Source: Fibrobacteria bacterium
Lineage (GTDB): Bacteria > Fibrobacterota > Fibrobacteria > UBA11236
Direction: 5' to 3'
NCBI GenBank assembly: GCA_025360005.1
Contig: JANYDA010000052.1
Coordinates: 58,457-122,456 of the forward strand
DNA length: 64,000 nucleotides
Shown here: in pieces, positions 59,543 to 64,000 of the stretch
Layout of the letters: every line of letters begins with the position of its first letter
How positions within the stretch are numbered: position 1 is the first letter of the stretch
Made by a program: the position numbers and the translations under genes
The notes under the pieces: model-generated
Told to the model about the DNA's origin: nothing
Database searches by the model: none
The model's input: the letters and a program-made list of their open reading frames with translations, nothing else

Positions 59543-60244
59543 ATGGCCATCATCGGCGGCACGCCCGCCTGCCTCGTCTATACCCAGACCGCCGGCTACC
59601 GGCATGGATGCATCCCCAAGGGCATCGCCGCCGTACGCCGATTGGGACGCCTGCACGGCTTCGCGGTGGTGGCCACGGAGGATCCGGAGCGCATCCGCCC
59701 GGACCTTCTGGAGAACTTCACCGCCGTGGCCTTCCTCAACACATCCGGCAATGTGTTGGACGCCCAGGGACGCGCGGCCCTGCAGGCCTTCGTGGAAGCC
59801 GGGGGCGGCTTCGCCGGCATCCACGCGGCCTGCGACACGGGTTATGATTGGCCGTGGTACGGAACCCTGGTAGGCGCCTATTTCCTGAGCCATCCCCTGC
59901 AACAGAACGGCGTGGTCCGGGTGGAAGACAACGCGCATGCCTCCATGCGATCGATCCCGGCCCGTTGGAAGCGCTGGGACGAGTGGTACGATTACCGCGT
60001 CAATCCGCGCGGCAGTGTACGCGTTCTGGCCACCCTGGACGAGAAGACCTATCGCGGCGGCAAAATGGGGGAGGATCATCCCATCGTCTGGTGCCACGAG
60101 AACGCGGGCGGGCGCTCCTGGTATACCGGCTGCGGGCATACCGGGCGCAGCTTTTCCGATCCCGTCTATCTGGGGCATTTGCTGGGAGGCCTGCGCTATG
60201 CGCTGCGGCTGGACGATGCGGATAAGGGGGATAGGCTTGCTTAG
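59543..60244 (+). CDS. ThuA-domain protein
   Basis: TAGYRH, FLNTSG, GGGFAGIHAA, DEWY, MGEDHPIVW, GRSWYTGCGH. Confidence 0.88.
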   Translation: MAIIGGTPACLVYTQTAGYRHGCIPKGIAAVRRLGRLHGFAVVATEDPERIRPDLLENFTAVAFLNTSGNVLDAQGRAALQAFVEAGGGFAGIHAACDTGYDWPWYGTLVGAYFLSHPLQQNGVVRVEDNAHASMRSIPARWKRWDEWYDYRVNPRGSVRVLATLDEKTYRGGKMGEDHPIVWCHENAGGRSWYTGCGHTGRSFSDPVYLGHLLGGLRYALRLDDADKGDRLA

Positions 60245-60986
60245 GATACGCATATCGCTCCCCTCCGCCCTTGCCGTTGCTCTTCTCATCGGCTGCGCTT
60301 CCCACAAGGAGATCACCGCTCCTGCCATCGAGAACGCCATGCCCCGGAAAATCGGGCCGCGCCTCTACCGCGGGGATCTGGACGGTCGCCGGGGACTGCT
60401 GTTCTACGCGGCCTCGCCTTCGGCCCTCACCGTGGTCTACGACACCGTGCGTTGCGGCCTCTATGAAGTCTGGCGGGGGCCGGTGCCGGTGCCGGATACG
60501 GGCGCGGCCGCCGTCGCCGCCGCTGAAAAACCCGCTGCGGATGCGCCCTACGGGCCCCAAGGCCCCCTTTGCCACCGCCAACAAGCGGACACCTTATGGC
60601 GTGTCAGTAACGCAGGCGTTACCCTGGCCGCCCGGCCCCGGTTCCTGGGACTGGACCAGGACAGCAGCGGATATCTGTCTCTGCATTACGCCTTGGACCT
60701 GGCGGACGGAAAAAGCATCCGCGTCGATGAAAGCCCCGCTTACGACGATCATTACGGGGATGTCGCCCTGCGCCAGGAGTTCCGCTTCCAGGGCATCGAA
60801 CCCGGCATGCTGGTCAGCGTGCGCCTGGGCGGCGAGGCCTACGCATGGCATGAACTCTGGTCGCTGAGCGCCAACGGCGCCTTGACCGGGGGCCCCGGCG
60901 CGGAAACCCTGGTGACGGGCGATGACGGCGTGTCGGCGGTGAAGCTGACTTTCGAGGGCTCCGTTCCGCAAGGCGCCGCGCCCTGA
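60216..60986 (+). CDS. Hypothetical lipoprotein
   Basis: Lipobox LIGC; stop overlaps the recF start (TGATG). Start uncertain. Confidence 0.55.
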   Translation: MRIRGIGLLRIRISLPSALAVALLIGCASHKEITAPAIENAMPRKIGPRLYRGDLDGRRGLLFYAASPSALTVVYDTVRCGLYEVWRGPVPVPDTGAAAVAAAEKPAADAPYGPQGPLCHRQQADTLWRVSNAGVTLAARPRFLGLDQDSSGYLSLHYALDLADGKSIRVDESPAYDDHYGDVALRQEFRFQGIEPGMLVSVRLGGEAYAWHELWSLSANGALTGGPGAETLVTGDDGVSAVKLTFEGSVPQGAAP

Positions 60987-62074
60987 TGCATTTGGAAACC
61001 CTGTCCCTGACCGGCTTCCGCAATTACCGGAGCCAGGAGGTTTCCTTTGCGCCCGGCCTCAACCTGCTTTCCGGTCCCAACGGCCATGGCAAGACCAATC
61101 TCCTGGAAGCGATCCACTACGTTTGTTTGGCGCATTCCCAGCGCACCCGCAAGGACAAGGAATTGATCGAGTGGAACGGCAACGCGTTCGTGCTGCGCCT
61201 GCTGGGCCGCATCGGCGGGCTGGCGCATGCGCAATCGGTGGAATACGCGGAGACGGGCGCCAAGCGCGTCAAGGTGAACGGCCGCGAGAGCAAACGCCTG
61301 TCGGATTTGATCGGCCATTTCGAGGTGGTCTCCTTCAGCCCGGAGGATTTGGATCTCATCCGCTCCGGCCCGCAACTGCGGCGACGTTTCCTGGACATCC
61401 TGCTCTGCCAATTCTCCCTGGACTACCTGGACACGCTGCGGCATTACAACCAGGCCCTCAAGCAGCGCAACAGCCTGCTCAAGCAAGCGGGCGCGGGCAA
61501 TGACGTGCTGGCCGCCTACGATGCGCCCCTGGTGGAAGCGGGCGCGCGCATCACCCTTATGCGCCGCCGCGCCCTGGCGGATCTGGCTCCCCTGGCCCGG
61601 GACTGCTACCGATCCATATCGGACGGAGGCGAGGATCTGGAATTGGCCCTTTCCGGCTGCGTTTCGGAAGCGGAAGAAGAGCCCGCCCTGCGGGAGGATT
61701 TCCACCGCAAGCTTTTGGCATTGCGCGGGACCGAGCGCGAGGCCGGTCTTACCTTGGCGGGACCGCATCGCGAGGACCTGGCCATTTCTTTTTCCGGCAA
61801 AGCGGTGCGGGACTTCGGATCCCAGGGTCAGAAGCGATCGGTGGCGCTTTCCTTGAAGCTGGCTTCGGCGCGGCTCTTGGACGCCAGGAACCGGCGGCCG
61901 CCCATCTTGCTTTTGGACGATGTGTTCGCGGAGTTGGACGAGACCCGTAGGCTGCGCATCGGGGAATTGATCCGCGGCCAAGGCCAGGTTTTCATCGCCA
62001 ATCCCCGCGCGGCGGATCTGCCTTTCCAGGCCGAAAAAATCATCACGCTCAGATGCGGTCGCGTGGTGGTTTGA
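60986..62074 (+). CDS. recF: DNA replication/repair protein RecF
   Basis: FRNY, GPNGHGKTN, GPHRED, SQGQKR, LLDDVFAELD. Confidence 0.97.
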   Translation: MHLETLSLTGFRNYRSQEVSFAPGLNLLSGPNGHGKTNLLEAIHYVCLAHSQRTRKDKELIEWNGNAFVLRLLGRIGGLAHAQSVEYAETGAKRVKVNGRESKRLSDLIGHFEVVSFSPEDLDLIRSGPQLRRRFLDILLCQFSLDYLDTLRHYNQALKQRNSLLKQAGAGNDVLAAYDAPLVEAGARITLMRRRALADLAPLARDCYRSISDGGEDLELALSGCVSEAEEEPALREDFHRKLLALRGTEREAGLTLAGPHREDLAISFSGKAVRDFGSQGQKRSVALSLKLASARLLDARNRRPPILLLDDVFAELDETRRLRIGELIRGQGQVFIANPRAADLPFQAEKIITLRCGRVVV

Positions 62075-62272
62075 ATCCCTTTAGGCGCCTCCTCCCGACA
62101 CCCTTTCCCAAGCCTTTGGCCGACCCCTTGGAATAGCCCGCAAAGGGCAATTTTTCTACCTTTGTGAGCCTGGAAAAAGCGACCGGAAAATGCCGCTCAA
62201 GGCGAGCGGAATGCCGCGCCAAGTGGTATCCTAAAGGGGTTCCGTACGGCGCTTTGCGGGCCGAAACAAAAG

Positions 62273-64000
<1,728 letters not shown>

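Overview
Chromosomal origin-proximal region of a GC-rich Gram-negative bacterium. It is most likely Fibrobacterota/FCB-group, inferred from T9SS/FlgD-like C-terminal domains, short RpoD-like sigma factors and a truncated ATP synthase epsilon. Core genes: namZ-murU-like, ssb, moxR, a complete atp operon fused behind rsmG-parA-parB-M23-bactofilin, parS sites, rpmH-rnpA-yidD-yidC-mnmE, hldE, tex, tRNA-Met, fabV, dnaN, recF-dciA-gyrB. No dnaA or mnmG gene is present, and a DnaA-box-rich AT-rich intergenic region at about 22.8-23.35 kb is a candidate displaced oriC. Best candidates for undescribed biology: (1) a 15 kb myxobacteria-like module (1-15.2 kb) with a PEGA Ser/Thr kinase and an FHA-GAF-sigma54 activator, where sigma54 -24/-12 motifs sit in front of a LamG-cohesin-dockerin protein, two tectonin lectin lipoproteins and an astacin-tectonin protease; the module includes a duplicated bidirectional promoter and a probable ACG start. 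(2) A bacterial homologue of the eukaryotic phosphohistidine phosphatase PHPT1/Janus, translationally coupled to hldE. (3) A CxxCH/CxxxxCH cytochrome lipoprotein-DUF4266-DUF3570 operon with a nearby TlpA, inserted between dnaN and recF. All family assignments are from motif recognition by eye, not database searches.
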